Below are positions 24,097 to 36,954 of a stretch of 64,000 nucleotides of DNA, piece by piece. The stretch comes from Podarcis vaucheri (Eukaryota). The notes beneath the pieces are model-generated. The model was not told the DNA's origin, searched no databases, and worked only from the letters and a program-made list of their open reading frames with translations. The stretch lies in NCBI GenBank assembly GCA_965113315.1, contig OZ220366.1; one strand, given 5' to 3'. The first letter of the stretch is position 1. Each line of letters starts with the position of its first letter. The position numbers and the translations under genes were made by a program.

Positions 24097-25840
24097 GGAC
24101 TTCCGGGTTGGCGCCATCGCCGAATGGCGGACTCCCTCCGAGCTCCGGAGGGAGTCTGCTCGGCAGGGGCTGGGTCCTACCGCGCCGGCGACGCGGGGAC
24201 CCTTAAAAACCATGGGCACGGAGCCCGTGGACATAGGGACTCGGCTGGTACCGTCAGCGCCCTCCCGACTCGTGAAGGAGCCTTTTTAAAGGCTACGGAT
24301 CGGGTGCCGGGGAGCGGCGTGGTACTGTGAGTCTATCGCTTCCCCTGCCGAGCGCAGCCGCATGCCATTCGTCGGAGAGCGCTGGCTTCTTCCATTTGAA
24401 ATTCGGACATTTAACAACAACCCGTGAGTAATTGGGTAACCGGGTATAAAAGGAGGGGAAAAAAGAATTTTTTTTCGGATTCGGCACGAGCGGGGGGGAT
24501 CTAAAAAGGAAGTCAGTCCCCTCCCTGATTGTAAACATGCTAAAACAAGGACTGAGAAACCAAGATCGATTCAGAAGTTTATTGCTGACAAAAATATCAA
24601 CTCCACGATGGGATACTACAAAAATTGTGCTGGAGGAGAAAAGTCGAGGGTGAGAGGGAAAAGGCAACCCCCCCCCCCGGGAACCGGGGCGATTCGGAGA
24701 ACCTGGCGGAGAGAGATGGAGAGTTTGACAGCTGTCAAAGTAGCTGTCAAATCTTGAGAATACAAAGAGGACTTTGTTACAAGTATTTTGCTGGTTAATT
24801 TTGATACAATTGGACATAAATATGGATACAAAATGTCGGGGGGGAAAAGAAACAACAACTTGACTTTTGGATTAGAGGACACAAAGTTACTGCAACCCCC
24901 CTAGAGGGGCTTTGGGACATTACAAGTGGCGTATGTGGAAAACTACTCTGGGATGTGTACTGGTCTTAGCTTCTGGGAAAGTAGCAAAACTGAAATATTG
25001 TTTTGTCTACAGAGGTGACAACACAATAGAATCTTTCTATTGAAGCAAGGTAGGAACTGGACGTAAGTTTCTGTTCCTGAATAACAAACCTCTGTAGAGA
25101 TACTAGATTTCAGAATAAGAATGGTTTTGCAGCTGAACAAGATAGAAACCTGAGAAAGTGAGAAACAAAAGAACAAAGGACCAACTACGCCACGGAAAGA
25201 AAAATGGGAGGAGCAAAAATGACCAAGGGAAATTAAAGGCCTCTATTAGACTGGATTTTTGAAATTAAACATTATCAAAACAAGCAAATTTAAAGAAAAC
25301 CGGCAAGATGGATTGAGAAAAATTTGGCTGTGGACTTGAGACCTCCAGGCCGACAACATACAGACTGATGGACATGGGGAATCCAAACCGGGGAAGGGAG
25401 GGGGAATTCTAGAATCCAAAGGCTATGTAACCAACTTTTGGAATCTTCTTCTATCTTCTATCTTTTATCTTTCTATATAACTTTGGTATTTTGATTTGAC
25501 ATGTTTTGGAAAAAAAGGGGGAATTCGTGGAAGGAAACGGGGTAGATCTTGGGGGAAAAATCTTTGTTCTATTTTGTTAAAGATGAGGAGTGATGTTAAG
25601 ATTGTAATTTAAACTGGCTAATAGGTACAACATATTAGGTTTAAATTGGGAACGAGAACTTGTGGAACCAACGTAGGGAAAGGGGAATACAGTCGGGAGG
25701 GGAAGGAGGGAGTCCCAGAAAGAAGGTTACGAAAATAAGGGTTTAAAATTGGTCTTTCTTTTTCTTTCTTTTCTCTATCTTTTCTATTTTTTCTATTCGG
25801 TTATTATTGAAAATTTTAATAAATATGATTATAAAAAAAA
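24097..25840 (+). mobile_element. Non-autonomous L1-mobilised retroposon (~1.74 kb) with L1-like CpG-rich 5' end and poly(A) tail
   Basis: 17-bp TSD aaactttctctcttttt (24080-24096 and 25841-25857) at a TTTT/AAAC site; AATAAA then A-tail; begins GGACTTCCGGGTTGGCGCCAT; no long ORF. Confidence 0.82.
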
Positions 25841-26007
25841 AAACTTTCTCTCTTTTTTTGGCATTTTCATTGCATTTTGTACATCGTTTTGAGACATCTG
25901 AGGAGTGAGATTAATAACTAACTAACTTACTAACTAACCCTGAGGCAATGCAAGGAGCCGATAGGAAACAGAACTGGAGATGTTCAAAGTAATCAAGAAT
26001 GGAAGAG

Positions 26008-26167
26008 CCCTCCTGTGGTGCAATGGGCCAGTTTGTCTGGCTACCAACCCGAAGGCTGGTGGTTCTAGCCCACCCAGGGATGGCTGTGGGCAAAATTCCT
26101 GAATTGCAGGGGGTTGGACTAGATGACCCTCGAGGTCCCTTCCAACTCTAGAATTCTATTATTCTAA
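26008..26167 (+). mobile_element. tRNA-derived SINE with CR1-like tail
   Basis: B-box-like ggttctagccc followed by gcagggggttggactagatgaccctcgaggtcccttccaactctagaattctattattcta. Confidence 0.7.
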
Positions 26168-28473
26168 GAGACATTGTTTTAAAATAGCTCTAACAGAGGA
26201 GTCAAATTTAAGAACCAGGTGATCATAAATATTATACTTCGGAACACTGTGCAGTATATACATGCAACGGTATGGGACCAAGGCTTGGGGGTCTTGTGCT
26301 CTCCCACACTGCACACAGAACCTTAGAGTTGAATAAGACCTTATGCACACAACGCCTAGGCAAGGAAGCCCGGCTCCTCGATGATTAGAAAGGACCTCGG
26401 AGATCAGGGTTCAAATCCTCACTCAGGTATGAAGCTCACTGGGTGACTTTGAGCGAGTCACAGTGTCTAAGTCTAATCCTTAATCTTAATCTTAATACAT
26501 TTAATTAATAAAACAGACCTAAGTCCAGAAAAGGGGGTGGATAGGGACCAGCTAAACAGAGGCTACTTGAACAGGCATATACACACATAAGCCTCAAATC
26601 ACAGACATGGTTGTGTATCATAGTGGGGTGTTCGCCTAAGCCCTGGGGCTCACTTTAAGAAGGGGGAAAGCCCCTGTAGAAGGACAGAGGTCCTTTCTCA
26701 TGACGCCAATTCAAGATTGCCAGCCACGCACATGACAAGAGATGCCACAGCCTGAGCATGTCTGGCAGTGATCATTGTTAGCCCTGTTGAATCAGTAAGG
26801 GACAATCATGAACCACCCTGGCGTCATGTACTGTGGGATATCAGATGCACTGAAAAAAGAAATCCAGGCGACCCAACCCTTTAAATTAGAGCCATTTGGC
26901 TAGAGCGGAAGGGTTCAGCAAGTTGATTTATGGCTCTGTAACCAAGCACCATGGAAGAACTTCAGCAACACCAGCACTAAGGAAGGCCAATTGCTCCCAT
27001 CCAGAGATGACCTCCACCTCGTCGCCTCCTGTCTGCCAAGCGGCTTGAGCGCATTAATCACACTTCCGGAGAGCTGACTGCTGCAAAGTTACTGCAGTTG
27101 ACCTTGATGGTCCAGCTTGGCTCACTTTCAGGAGCCCTAATGAGCCGGGGTGGGGAAAGTCTCCTGTGTCTACTGCTAGAAAAATCACTACCCGGGGGGG
27201 GGGGGATCAGTTGATCCAAGAATCACAAGGCTGCCTTTATCCTGCCTTCTGGCTCATTAGCCAATCAAAACATAAATCTGTGTGGGAAGAAATCAGCTTG
27301 GCAACCATCCAAATAGGTCCTCAGTGCAGTTGGGGGGGGGTGGAATGAGCTATTGAGCCTGGGCTTATCCTTTGTTTCCTGGTTCCTGTAATCTGTTTTG
27401 AACTAATGCAGAAAGGAGGTCCATGCCTGCTTCTGCTTCTTTTAATGACTAGGCTATTAGACGCTGACTGTCAGGGATGAAATAATTTCCACCTTAAAGT
27501 TCCTTGCTTGCTTTTGAACTCTTCCATTCTAAGAGGCACAAGGAAATTTTTAGTTCACAAAATAAAAAACGGACCACTTTCAAACTGAGTTTCTTAGGCT
27601 GTGTTAGCCACCAGTCACTTTCAAAACCTAAAATCTTTTGCGTTATCTTTAAGTTAACTCTTCAAGCATCATGTGTGCCTGGATTGGCTCCAACATAAGA
27701 TTTTCTGGAGCTGATGTGCCATTTTGGTCTTCAACAGTTGCCTGCCAGCCTTTTTGGTTTCCCCAAGATTGCCACCTTCCTCTATGGCTACAGCATTTTA
27801 ATGCATCACTCAACTGGCCCCATGTTGGGTTGAACTGGGACTCACCTGAAAACACGGGACTCAAACAGCACAGAAGTGTGATGGAGAAAGTGCTCTAAGG
27901 TGTTAAATTCAAGGCCAAACTCTCCACCCAGCAAACGTTCTGCTAATAAATGTCAACTCCACCTGAACCAGATGTCAAAACCACCATTCTACTTCAGACA
28001 CTAACATCTGAACAATTATGGGCATTTTGCCTGCAGCTCTGACAAGTTCTCTTTCTCTAAATATTCATAGCATGAATACAGTAAGAAAAAGGTATTTTCT
28101 ATATGCACATATGCCTATAAGCTCTTAGGGAATCCAAAGCAAATATTAATGCTGTTAAAACAGGCATACATGTCACCAAAGATGGTTCAGTTATTCATGT
28201 CAAGTGTGTAAAGGCCATTCCGAAATCTTCTCAAGGTCCCAAATAAACCTCTTTCCTAAGGATTATTTACCTACAGAAGAAGGCCCTGTGGATTAGCCTT
28301 CTAGATATTGCGTTGCTTCAGCCACAGGTGGTTAATCAGGCTGAAGAATGTTCCAAAACTCTCCACAAGTTTATTTCATTTTTTAACAGTAACATGTCAG
28401 AAAGAAGGCTAAGCTAGAGGCTGTCAAGCTACTTTTCTATGGGCAAGTTGTTGTTCTTAAACAGGGGAGCAAT

Positions 28474-28611
28474 CATAGCTCTGTTGGTAGAGCATGAGAC
28501 TCTTACAATCTCAGGTTGGTGGGTTCAAGCCCCACATTGGACATTGCAGGGGGCTGGACTACTAGATAATCCATGGGGTCCCTTCCAACGCTACAATTCT
28601 ATGATACTATG
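28474..28611 (+). mobile_element. tRNA-Lys-derived SINE with CR1-like tail (uninterrupted relative of the Gypsy target SINE)
   Basis: agctctgttggtagagcatgagactctt...ggttcaagccccacattgg...ggtcccttccaacgctacaattctatgatactatga. Confidence 0.8.
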
Positions 28612-28827
28612 AAACAGGCAGCCTCTGACCTAGTGTATAGCTTTATTCCAGAGAAAATGGATTCCTCTGCATGTATAACTTGGCTCCAATCAAACATCAG
28701 AAAGTGGAATTCTTGTTTTCCTTTCCATCTGTTTTTATTTAACTTGGTTGTGTGTGTTCTTTGCTCTTCAGCAAAACCTCTGAAAACTGGATTAAACGAA
28801 AGCAACTAAAACGAAAAGGAGCAGTAC

Positions 28828-28975
28828 CTTCAGTGACAACCAGGAGGCTCTCAGTCTTTTCCTTTTCAAAGCGAGTATCCATTTCCTCCTGAGAGGCCTC
28901 CTCGTCCTCCTTCTCCTCCTGCAGCCTTTTCATTCTGTCCATCAGGGCCTCCAGCTCACTTAAAGAATCTGAGAT
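28828..28975 (-). CDS. SESN3: Sestrin-3 coding exon 6 ([21 protein letters not shown]...ESLLVVTE)
   Basis: 148 nt, tttatag acceptor, GAAG|GTACTG donor. Ends in phase 1, matching the start of exon 7. Confidence 0.9.
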
Positions 28976-30625
28976 CTATAAACACATCACATCCTTCAGG
29001 ATCTAATACAGATCATTCCCTCTTCGGCCCCCAGTTCCATACTCAACATTTTTGGGGAAACGCTCAGGTCTGTGCACTGCATGCACTAACAGATTTAAAA
29101 TTGCGCCAAGCAAGTTTTATGCACTGCCCAAATCATGCAAACGTTCCTGGGGCTCATTAAAGAATCCTACCAATCTGATCCAGCCACTCCTCTGGCTAAC
29201 GGAATTTCAGCAGGCATTGCCCACAGATGTTTAAGTGTATTGTAAAAGCAGTTAAGAGAAAGGAACTTCCTTTCTGTTTTAAAATGAAAGCAGAGAACCT
29301 CCGGAAGCTTGTTTTTGGGTCTAGAATCACTTTCTGTGTTTGCAATGCAGCGGCAGAACCCACAAGCTCTGACCATACCCAGCCCGTTCCTTTAGTTCTT
29401 TTGTGCCAGGCTCTTCTTTGCAAATTCCAATCCAATATGCTGCTGTGCATTTGCCAGTTCAGCCCCTAAGAGTCCGCACACTGTCACTTTTGCCTCCAAT
29501 CTACCTGTATCACTTTACTCTAAGCCAGTCAATGATATCTGATCCCCCCTTTTTAGTATCCCCCAAAGAAGTTGTGACACATCATTTGAGAAAGCCACTT
29601 TTCATTTCATAAGTAAGTCACTATTACATCATGAAAATCATTCGTTACCTCTGCCTACTGACGTTTCATAAACATAATTGCATGATTTATATGGCCAGCA
29701 GAATCCTTGGTAAGGAATGCGAAAGCCATCTTAGAAAAGGCAATTTTTAGTCATCTGGAAGAACCCAAGAGCTCTTTGTAGCTCCTTCCTCTAGAAAGGT
29801 TTGCTGTTTAGGGCTATACAAAAGGGTCAGGCTCTGGTTGGAACAGGATGGAACTAGACTGTTGTCACTTGGAATAAAAACGGTAGCAGAGGAGAATTTG
29901 GTCATCCTAAGGATGAGGGTGAAAATGTTTATGATCATCCAGATGTTGGGAGGAGAAGAACTGAGCAACAGAGAAGAAAGGAGAAACATGATCCTCCCAT
30001 GTTCTGGCATGGGTCTGCCCCTCCCAGCAACCCACTGATTCCTCCTGACCTCACATGGCTATTAAGTGCTTTCAGATGCAACCTCAGACACTGCCTGGGC
30101 AACAGAATAAGGCTCTTTTCAAGACTGCCTGTCATTTTGCTGGTTCCAATGAAGACACCAAGGTATGGGGAAATGGGGCTGGGAGGGAGAAGCGAAGTAG
30201 TGTTCAATCAGTTTATTATGGCCATAGACCAGCAGTAACAAAGTGGTGTTCTGGTGAGAGTTTGCACACTTAAGATTTGCGAAAGAGAAATATATTTCAT
30301 GTTAGTGCTGCGTTTGCAGTCCGGTGTTGCTTCCCCTCCCCTGAAACGGACATCTCGATTCTGTCCTGCAGAGCTAGCTTGCCTCTCAACTGACCTCTCT
30401 TTTGGATCTGCCCACAAAACCCCACCCAACTCGGATCCCAATTCTTCTGGGGTTTGCGTTTCAGCTCCCTATTCCCCAGCCCTGACAAACACAGGAAAAA
30501 GTTGATCTCTCAACCACAAGCAGGAAACACACCTCCTCTCCACCCTGTAAGCCCCTTCCAGAAAAAGAAGAAAAAGTGGGACAAGCAAAATGGGAATTAA
30601 AGAAAAGAAATCTGGCAAGACTAAC

Positions 30626-30862
30626 CCCAAAGTTGTTACTTATGAGGGATGCGTTTTCGATGTTGTTGTCATTGGCAAGGTCGCAGACACAGAAATTGTT
30701 AACTGATATGAGCCTGTAGCCATTCGAGGTATCGAGATCTCTCTCTGGATTGATGCCACTACCAAAGACAAAGCTTGCCAAGGCATGGTAGTGTGCCAAG
30801 AGGACCACAGCATGCACCAGTTCCGGAAGAGACCAATTATTTTCCCCTGTCTTGACAAGTTT
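30626..30862 (-). CDS. SESN3: Sestrin-3 coding exon 5 ([40 protein letters not shown]...NNFG)
   Basis: 237 nt, catttcag acceptor and GTTAGT donor, within ORF 30461-31036. Confidence 0.96.
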
Positions 30863-31039
30863 CTGAAATGAATGAAAAAAGGAAGACATATGCATATATG
30901 TTAGATGCAGACACAGGAAGGAGACGGAATATTCCAGTGGCAGGAAGGCAACAGTTATCTGGTCTCTTCCAAGTTTCCATTTTGAGAGGGGTAAGTTGGG
31001 AGCATTCAGTATGAAACGATGCCAGAAGGCTGCCAAGTC

Positions 31040-31594
31040 ACAAGGGATATAAAATGTACAGCATGCTACCGTTTAAGAGAAAATTATATGAAAATGATAT
31101 ATCGATGGCATCTAACACCAAGTAAACTTGCAAAAATGTATAAAACCAAATCAAATGAGTGTTGGAAATGTAAAGAGAAAGGTTATTTTTATCGTATGTG
31201 GTGGTCTTGTAGGAAGGTTAAGGGTTACTGGGAAATGTTATACAATGAAATGAAAAGGATGTCAAAAATAACGTTTGTAAAAAAAACCCAGAAGCCTTTC
31301 TCTTGGGAATTATAGGGACAGAACTACCTAAATTGTATAGAAATTTATTCATGTATGCGACTACAGCGGTAATGTTACTTGCCCCAAACTGGAAAGAAGA
31401 AGTCCCAGCGAAGGAAGAATGGATACAAAAACTTATGGAATACCCAGAAATGGCGAAACTTATCAGAAGAATAAGAAATAAAGATAACAAACTTTTTATA
31501 AAAGAATAGAGATGGCTTATGGAATATTTACATATATATTGTAAACAAATAGAAACACTGGCATGATTATTGTAATAACCTGCAGCTACATAAG

Positions 31595-31636
<42 letters not shown>

Positions 31637-31735
31637 ATAAATGAGTATGTTAAGTTAATTTGGATATGCAGACGATATTGTAAAATCAGTGAAATGTATA
31701 TATCTGAAAAGTACAAATAAAATACATTTTTTAAA
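31040..31735 (+). mobile_element. 5'-truncated, frameshifted L1-clade LINE 3' fragment (ORF2 cysteine-rich C-terminus and 3' UTR)
   Basis: LRENYMKMIYRWHLTPSKL...CWKCKEKG...MWWSCRKVKGYW, then LFMYATTAV..LAPNWK..EEWIQKL in another frame; contains (TA)n at ~31598-31633. Confidence 0.85.
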
Positions 31736-32374
31736 AAGTCACAAGTAAGCACTACTTAGGCTCTACCATCCTTTTCCAACCCTTTTTCTGGGCAACAGAT
31801 GGGAAGGGCAGTGACAGAGCATCTGCTTTGTATACACATTATCCCAAGGTCAATCTGTACCAAATCCATGTAGGACTGGGAATGGCCCCTGCCTGACACC
31901 TTGCAGAGCCATTGCCAGACAGTGCAGGCATTACTGAGCTAGATATACCAAGGTGGACCACAGGCCTAAGGTACTTTCCTATGCTCCTATGGGCTCTTGT
32001 GCCTTTAACCAGGATTGTAAGTGGCCGTTTCTGTATCCTGGATGCTCTTTTTAAAAAATCACTGACTTCTCTCTCTCCCCCTGTTATTGCTTGAGGAAAA
32101 ATTACTTAGCCATTACACCACTCTTCTGAAAAAAGCTTAAATAGGATTCCTAGGCAGGCCCACTGCAGAAGAAAGTCCCTACAAAGAAATTGGCTCCAAG
32201 AAACTCAAACAAACAAACCCAAGCCAAGTTCATCAGGTTAAAAAAGAAGACGTTCGAATGAGATTCCCTCCTTCCTAGATCTTATTCCTTTTAAAAAACA
32301 ACAATGCACACATAGACACTGTAGTAATTTACACATATGCAAATACTGGAGCGTTTCTCATTTGTAGTAAATAC

Positions 32375-32557
32375 CTGAATGTGCTCTTTTGAAACTAGCC
32401 AGGGTCGATGTGCAAGAAGCTTATTGATTTCATTCAGGTTTTTCAGTCTTTGTGGAACGTATTCCAAGCCATTCAGCCATTCTGGGATCCCTCCAGTCTT
32501 CAGGAACTCATCCACATGCATGTTTATAAGGTAGGAACACTGGTGCCTGGCAGCAGC
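32375..32557 (-). CDS. SESN3: Sestrin-3 coding exon 4 ([23 protein letters not shown]...KEHIQ)
   Basis: 183 nt, canonical junctions; contains the conserved AhpD-like RHQCSYL cysteine. Confidence 0.96.
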
Positions 32558-33802
32558 CTGGAGTCGGAAACAAAGATGAAAGTGAGCTGATCGAAACCTG
32601 CCTACTCTCCTTGAGGAAAGGAGGAAAGCGCAGGCACAAGAGAGAAAAATGCATTGTCATAAAGGCGGAGAACCACGCATTAAACACATGTGCAAGAAAT
32701 TCCAGTTCGTTTTCTCTAACAGAAAGGCAGATGATAGAGCAAGAAACCTGTTTTGAAAAGCATGATTTTTAAAACCAAGCAAGCGATAAATGTGCATACT
32801 GAACGTCTGCAAGTATGCCCTAGCAGAGCAGCCAGGACACTTCCAGCCAAATCTTGCTGTGAATTCAAAACGTGGCCTTGGGAAAAGCACCAGCTTTGAG
32901 CCTCAGTCCTCCCATCTACACTATGGGGATAAGAATATTGATTCATTTTACAGGACTTCATAGATTTGTTGTTGACAGACTAATATATGTGAAACACTTT
33001 GAACATATGAATGCTAAGTAATATATTTTGACTACTTGCAGGATTTGGCAATTTAAGGACTATGCTTTGCATTTTATTTATTTTAAATGGAAATTTAAAG
33101 AGGAGCAGGTGGTGTGTGGTGGCTCAACTGCTGGGCCTGGACTGGAGATATTGAAGTTCAGATCCTTACTGAGCCATGGCATATTCCAGCCAGGCAAGAA
33201 CACACAGACACCTGGTGTGGAAAGCAAGGCCAATGAGGGGAGTGCTCTGAGGAGAGGTCAAACAGCCAGATAGAGAGGCCTGGGGGAACCACATTCTGCC
33301 TTGGGCCTGAGGTTCCAAGGGAAGCAGATCACTGCTGAGAATTTATAAATTTATTCTGTAAATAAATAAAATTTATTTACTGAATAACTAAATCCATATA
33401 ACTTATTCAGAGTGCAGCTCTGAGTGTTCCTGCATGTGAAATATATATTCTATAATAGTATCCAGCACATAGTCCATGTCATTGATCGCAGGGAAGCAAT
33501 TTCATTTATGGCTGCATGTCAATCACCTTGGGATGCAAGCTCTGGTATAAATCCCTTAATACTCTGGGATTGGTGCCTTTCTTCTAAAGCCAGGCTCGAT
33601 CCTGCCTCAAGCCCAGCTGCTGAAATTTAAAGCTCTTAAAAATGCCAGACTTGTGAGATCTCACCCTTTTTCTTTTCTTTTTAAACCCTCACAAAGTGAA
33701 ACAAAGAAATGTTGGTTCGATTTGCAGAAGCGCTGGAAAGGATACAAATGTCAACTACAACCGGGAAGGAAACAATAAGAGGTAGAGTTTCTGAGTACAT
33801 AC

Positions 33803-34000
33803 CATGATTGCAATGTAGTGCCGGTAGGGCAAAGGAAGAGGCCCGTCCATACGCAACATATAGAACTGGCTGCGAAGGAAAGACTCCAGGTATTGAGTGT
33901 GTAAACTCATGACCTGGGTGATGTTGTCTAGGCGGCCCGATGTAGAATATTCTTCCACAAGCAGGTGCATGCGTTCATTCAGACTGTTGGCTTGGATAAC
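33803..34000 (-). CDS. SESN3: Sestrin-3 coding exon 3 ([34 protein letters not shown]...YRHYIAIM)
   Basis: 198 nt, AG/GT boundaries (ccctgtag ... GTATGT), overlaps ORF 33755-33970. Confidence 0.96.
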
Positions 34001-34061
34001 CTACAGGGAACATAAGCAAAACAAGCTAGCTAGAGAGGATACTTATATTTACCTCTATACT

Positions 34062-34292
34062 GTACTATAATCAGTCGCACCAACAGGCTAAAAAACAGTT
34101 TCTATCCGTGGGCTGTTAAGCTGCTGAATGGAAAATAATATAGTGCAACTGACTTTTGGGGTTGGTGTGTTGTGCGACATGCACACAGAGTGCAATGAAA
34201 TTGAGTGTTTGGGGGGGAGGCTTGGTTAATTTCATTGTACACAGACTGTACATTGACAATAAATGTATTACTACTACTATTAGTATTATTAT
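34062..34292 (+). mobile_element. Rex1/Babar-like LINE 3' end
   Basis: From 34073 reads SRTNRLKNSFYPWAVKLLNGK*, a typical Rex1/Babar RT C-terminus, then aataaa and a (TAC/TAT)n tail. Confidence 0.65.
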
Positions 34293-34962
34293 ATTCAACA
34301 CCTTTTTTATGAGACCCTTGAGGAGCTATGACCATTCCAAAAACAAACAACTTCAACAACCATAACAACCACAAACTAAGTTCAAATGGTGGTTTACTCC
34401 ATCTCTGTAGAACTTGTTGGTGAGATAGCCTCTACAGAATATCTACTGTTGCACAAACTTCTATAATCACAGCCTACTTTATTAAAGGGTTTTTAACAAT
34501 TCCGTGCATCCAGAAATCTTTTTAGCAAATAAACATTCAGTAGAAATTAAAGCCTGCAGAAACACACAACAGAATGCATGCTTGCATGCCCAAGAAGCTG
34601 GCATAAAGAAAGCAGGTTTAAGCGTATGTTTACACCAGATCCAAGCCCCGTTCAGCGGCAGGGACAGGGGCTACTGCTCTGCCTAAGCCTGGCAGAGGGA
34701 AAACAAGCCTTTAAATCAGAGTTCTATGCCAGGTTGCCAGGTCATGTGACTGAGCTGAACAGGTGAGTTTCCTAGGTGAGTTTCCCTTTTGGAATTCTCA
34801 TCCAAGAAATTTAAGCCAAGCGGTCACTTGCCTGATATAAACCTGGGGTCAAAGCTGTTTAGACACTCAGGAAGAAACATAGGGTGCAGGGGGGAACATC
34901 ATTCAACAGGAGTCTGTCCCGTCATCATTATTGCACATTTAAGGTGCGGGAAATAAACTTAC

Positions 34963-35028
34963 TTCCTTTTCTGGTATAAAGGCACTTGGTCCTCTTGTCA
35001 AAGGCAGGGACACTCTGATTTTCTTTTC
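34963..35028 (-). CDS. SESN3: Sestrin-3 coding exon 2 ([22 protein letters not shown])
   Basis: 66 nt. Acceptor ttctgcag and donor GTAAGT on the minus strand; GPSAFIP is the sestrin N-terminal motif. Confidence 0.93.
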
Positions 35029-35324
35029 CTGCAGAAGAAATAGCAGATGCAAAAATTACCATGCTTTCAAAATATTAGGCCTAGAAAGCCTGCCCTATAT
35101 TGAGTCAGACCATTGGTCCATCTAGCTCACTACTGTCTCCACTGACTGGCAGTAACTCTCTCTAGGGTTTCAGGCAGGGGACATTTCCTGCCCTGTTTGG
35201 AGGCGCCAGGGATCAAACCCGGGACCCTATGAATGCAAAGCAGATGCTACAGCCCTTCCCAGGCAAAATGGGCAAGGTTGTGTCTTCACTGAATTCTGTA
35301 TGAAGAAATGGAACACTTCTAGAA

Positions 35325-36068
35325 GCCAAGCCTTATGAGGAACGGTTGAAGGAGCTGGGTAGGTTTAGCCTGGAAAAGAGGAGACTGAGAGAAAGTATGA
35401 TAAAGGTAAAGGTAAAGGTAAAGGGACCCCTGACCACTAGGTCAAGTCGTGACAGACTCTGGGGTTACGCCACTCATCTCGCTTTATTGGCCAAGGGAAC
35501 CGGCGTACAGCTTCCGGGTCATGTGGCCAGCATGACTAAGCCGCTTCTGGCGAACCAGAGCAGCGCACAGAAACGCCGTTTATCTTCCCGCCGGAGTGGT
35601 ACCTATTCATCTACTTGCACTTGGACGTGCTTTCGAACTGTTATGTTGGCAGGAGCAGGGACCGAGCAACGGGAGCTCACCCCATCACGGGGATTCGAAC
35701 CGCCGACCCTCTGATCGGCAAGTCCTAGGCTCTGTGGTTTAACCCACACGCCATCCACAGCCGTCTTCAAATATCTCAAGGGCTGTCACATGGAAGATGG
35801 AGCAAGCTTCTTTTCTCCTGCTCTAGAAGGTAGGACTTGAACCAATGGCTTTAAGCCACAAGAAAGGAGATTCTAACTAAGCCTATGGAAAAACTTTCTG
35901 ACGGTAAGAGCTTTTTACATTGGAACGGTCTCCCTCGGGAGGTTGTGGATTCTCCTTCCTTGGAGGTTTTAAAGCAGAGGTTGGATGGTCATCTGTCATG
36001 GAGATTCCTGCATTGCAGGGGGTTGGACTAGATGACCCTTGGATCCCTTCCAAGATTCTATGATTCTG
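35325..36068 (+). mobile_element. CR1 LINE 3' fragment interrupted by a Sauria SINE
   Basis: YEERLKELGRFSLEKRRLRESMI | AVFKYLKGCHMEDG... ending in (ATTCTATG)-type repeats. Confidence 0.88.
35402..35752 (-). mobile_element. Sauria-type SINE nested in CR1
   Basis: (aaaggt)3 tail on +; body similar to 21505-21867. Confidence 0.88.
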
Positions 36069-36576
36069 ACCTGTATGACCTGGCCCCTCTTCCTGTTGTG
36101 GGGCAAAGATTCATCTACCATGCAGTACCTCTGAGAACATCCATAGCACGTCAATTTCAAATAGCACTACCTCAAATCTTCAGGTATGACATACTGAATA
36201 GAATGGGTGGTGCTAGAAGAGGGCAGAGCTTGGGAAATACCCAGAGGAGGAGCAACAGCTAGACTGTGAATTCCTAGGATGCTGGAAACCAGTCCAGCTT
36301 GCCAAGCAAGCTCCCCACTATGTAGCTTGCAGCATGGTCAAAACAATGATCCCAGCAAGAAGCCACTCATTTTTAAATATCTGTTTTTATACGCTTTTTT
36401 TTTGTTAGGAAAATGTTTACTCCAATGCAATTTACACAGAGATGTGATAATCGTACGCCATTAATACAAAACCATTCTGTGTAAATTAGGGATGGGTGAA
36501 TCCGTCCATTTAGCTTTACTTCAGTTTCTCATTTTTCCAAATCTTAAATTGACTTAACTATATTTCCACATCCGCT

Positions 36577-36954
36577 CAGTGGCGTAGCGTGGGGGGTGCA
36601 GGGGGGCCCGGCCGCAACATCTGGGGGGGGCGCTCACACTCGCAGCTCTCTGCCCCTACCTGGCTCACTCACTCTCTCTCACTGCAGTGCTGGCTGTGCG
36701 AATCCAATCCGAGCCGCTGGGTTGCCGCCCACTGTGGAGGGGGTGGGTGCCAGGCGTGTGGTGCGGAGAGAGAGCGAGGGACTATCTGGGGGAGGGACGG
36801 TGCAGCGGCCGCCCAGCGCAGCGCTGAGTGCGGAAGAGAACCACACCAGACCAGGCAGCAGCAAGAAGAAGTTGGCAGTGGCGGCAGGTTAGGGGTTAGG
36901 GGGCGCAAATTACTTGCCTTGCCCCGGGTGCTGACAACCCATGCTACGCCGCTG
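36577..36954. mobile_element. GC-rich non-autonomous hAT element
   Basis: TIRs cagtggcgtagc / gctacgccgctg; perfect 8-bp TSD catccgct. Confidence 0.9.

Noticed and set aside
28474-28546. tRNA-Lys gene (also 56804-56856)
   Set aside because: Anticodon and acceptor arms are degenerate and the sequence runs directly into a CR1-type tail, so these are SINE heads.
36577-36954. GC/CpG-rich patch as the SESN3 promoter, or an interstitial telomere (ggttaggggttagggg)
   Set aside because: It is bounded by TIRs and a perfect 8-bp TSD, so it is a hAT insertion, and there are only two imperfect telomere-like units.
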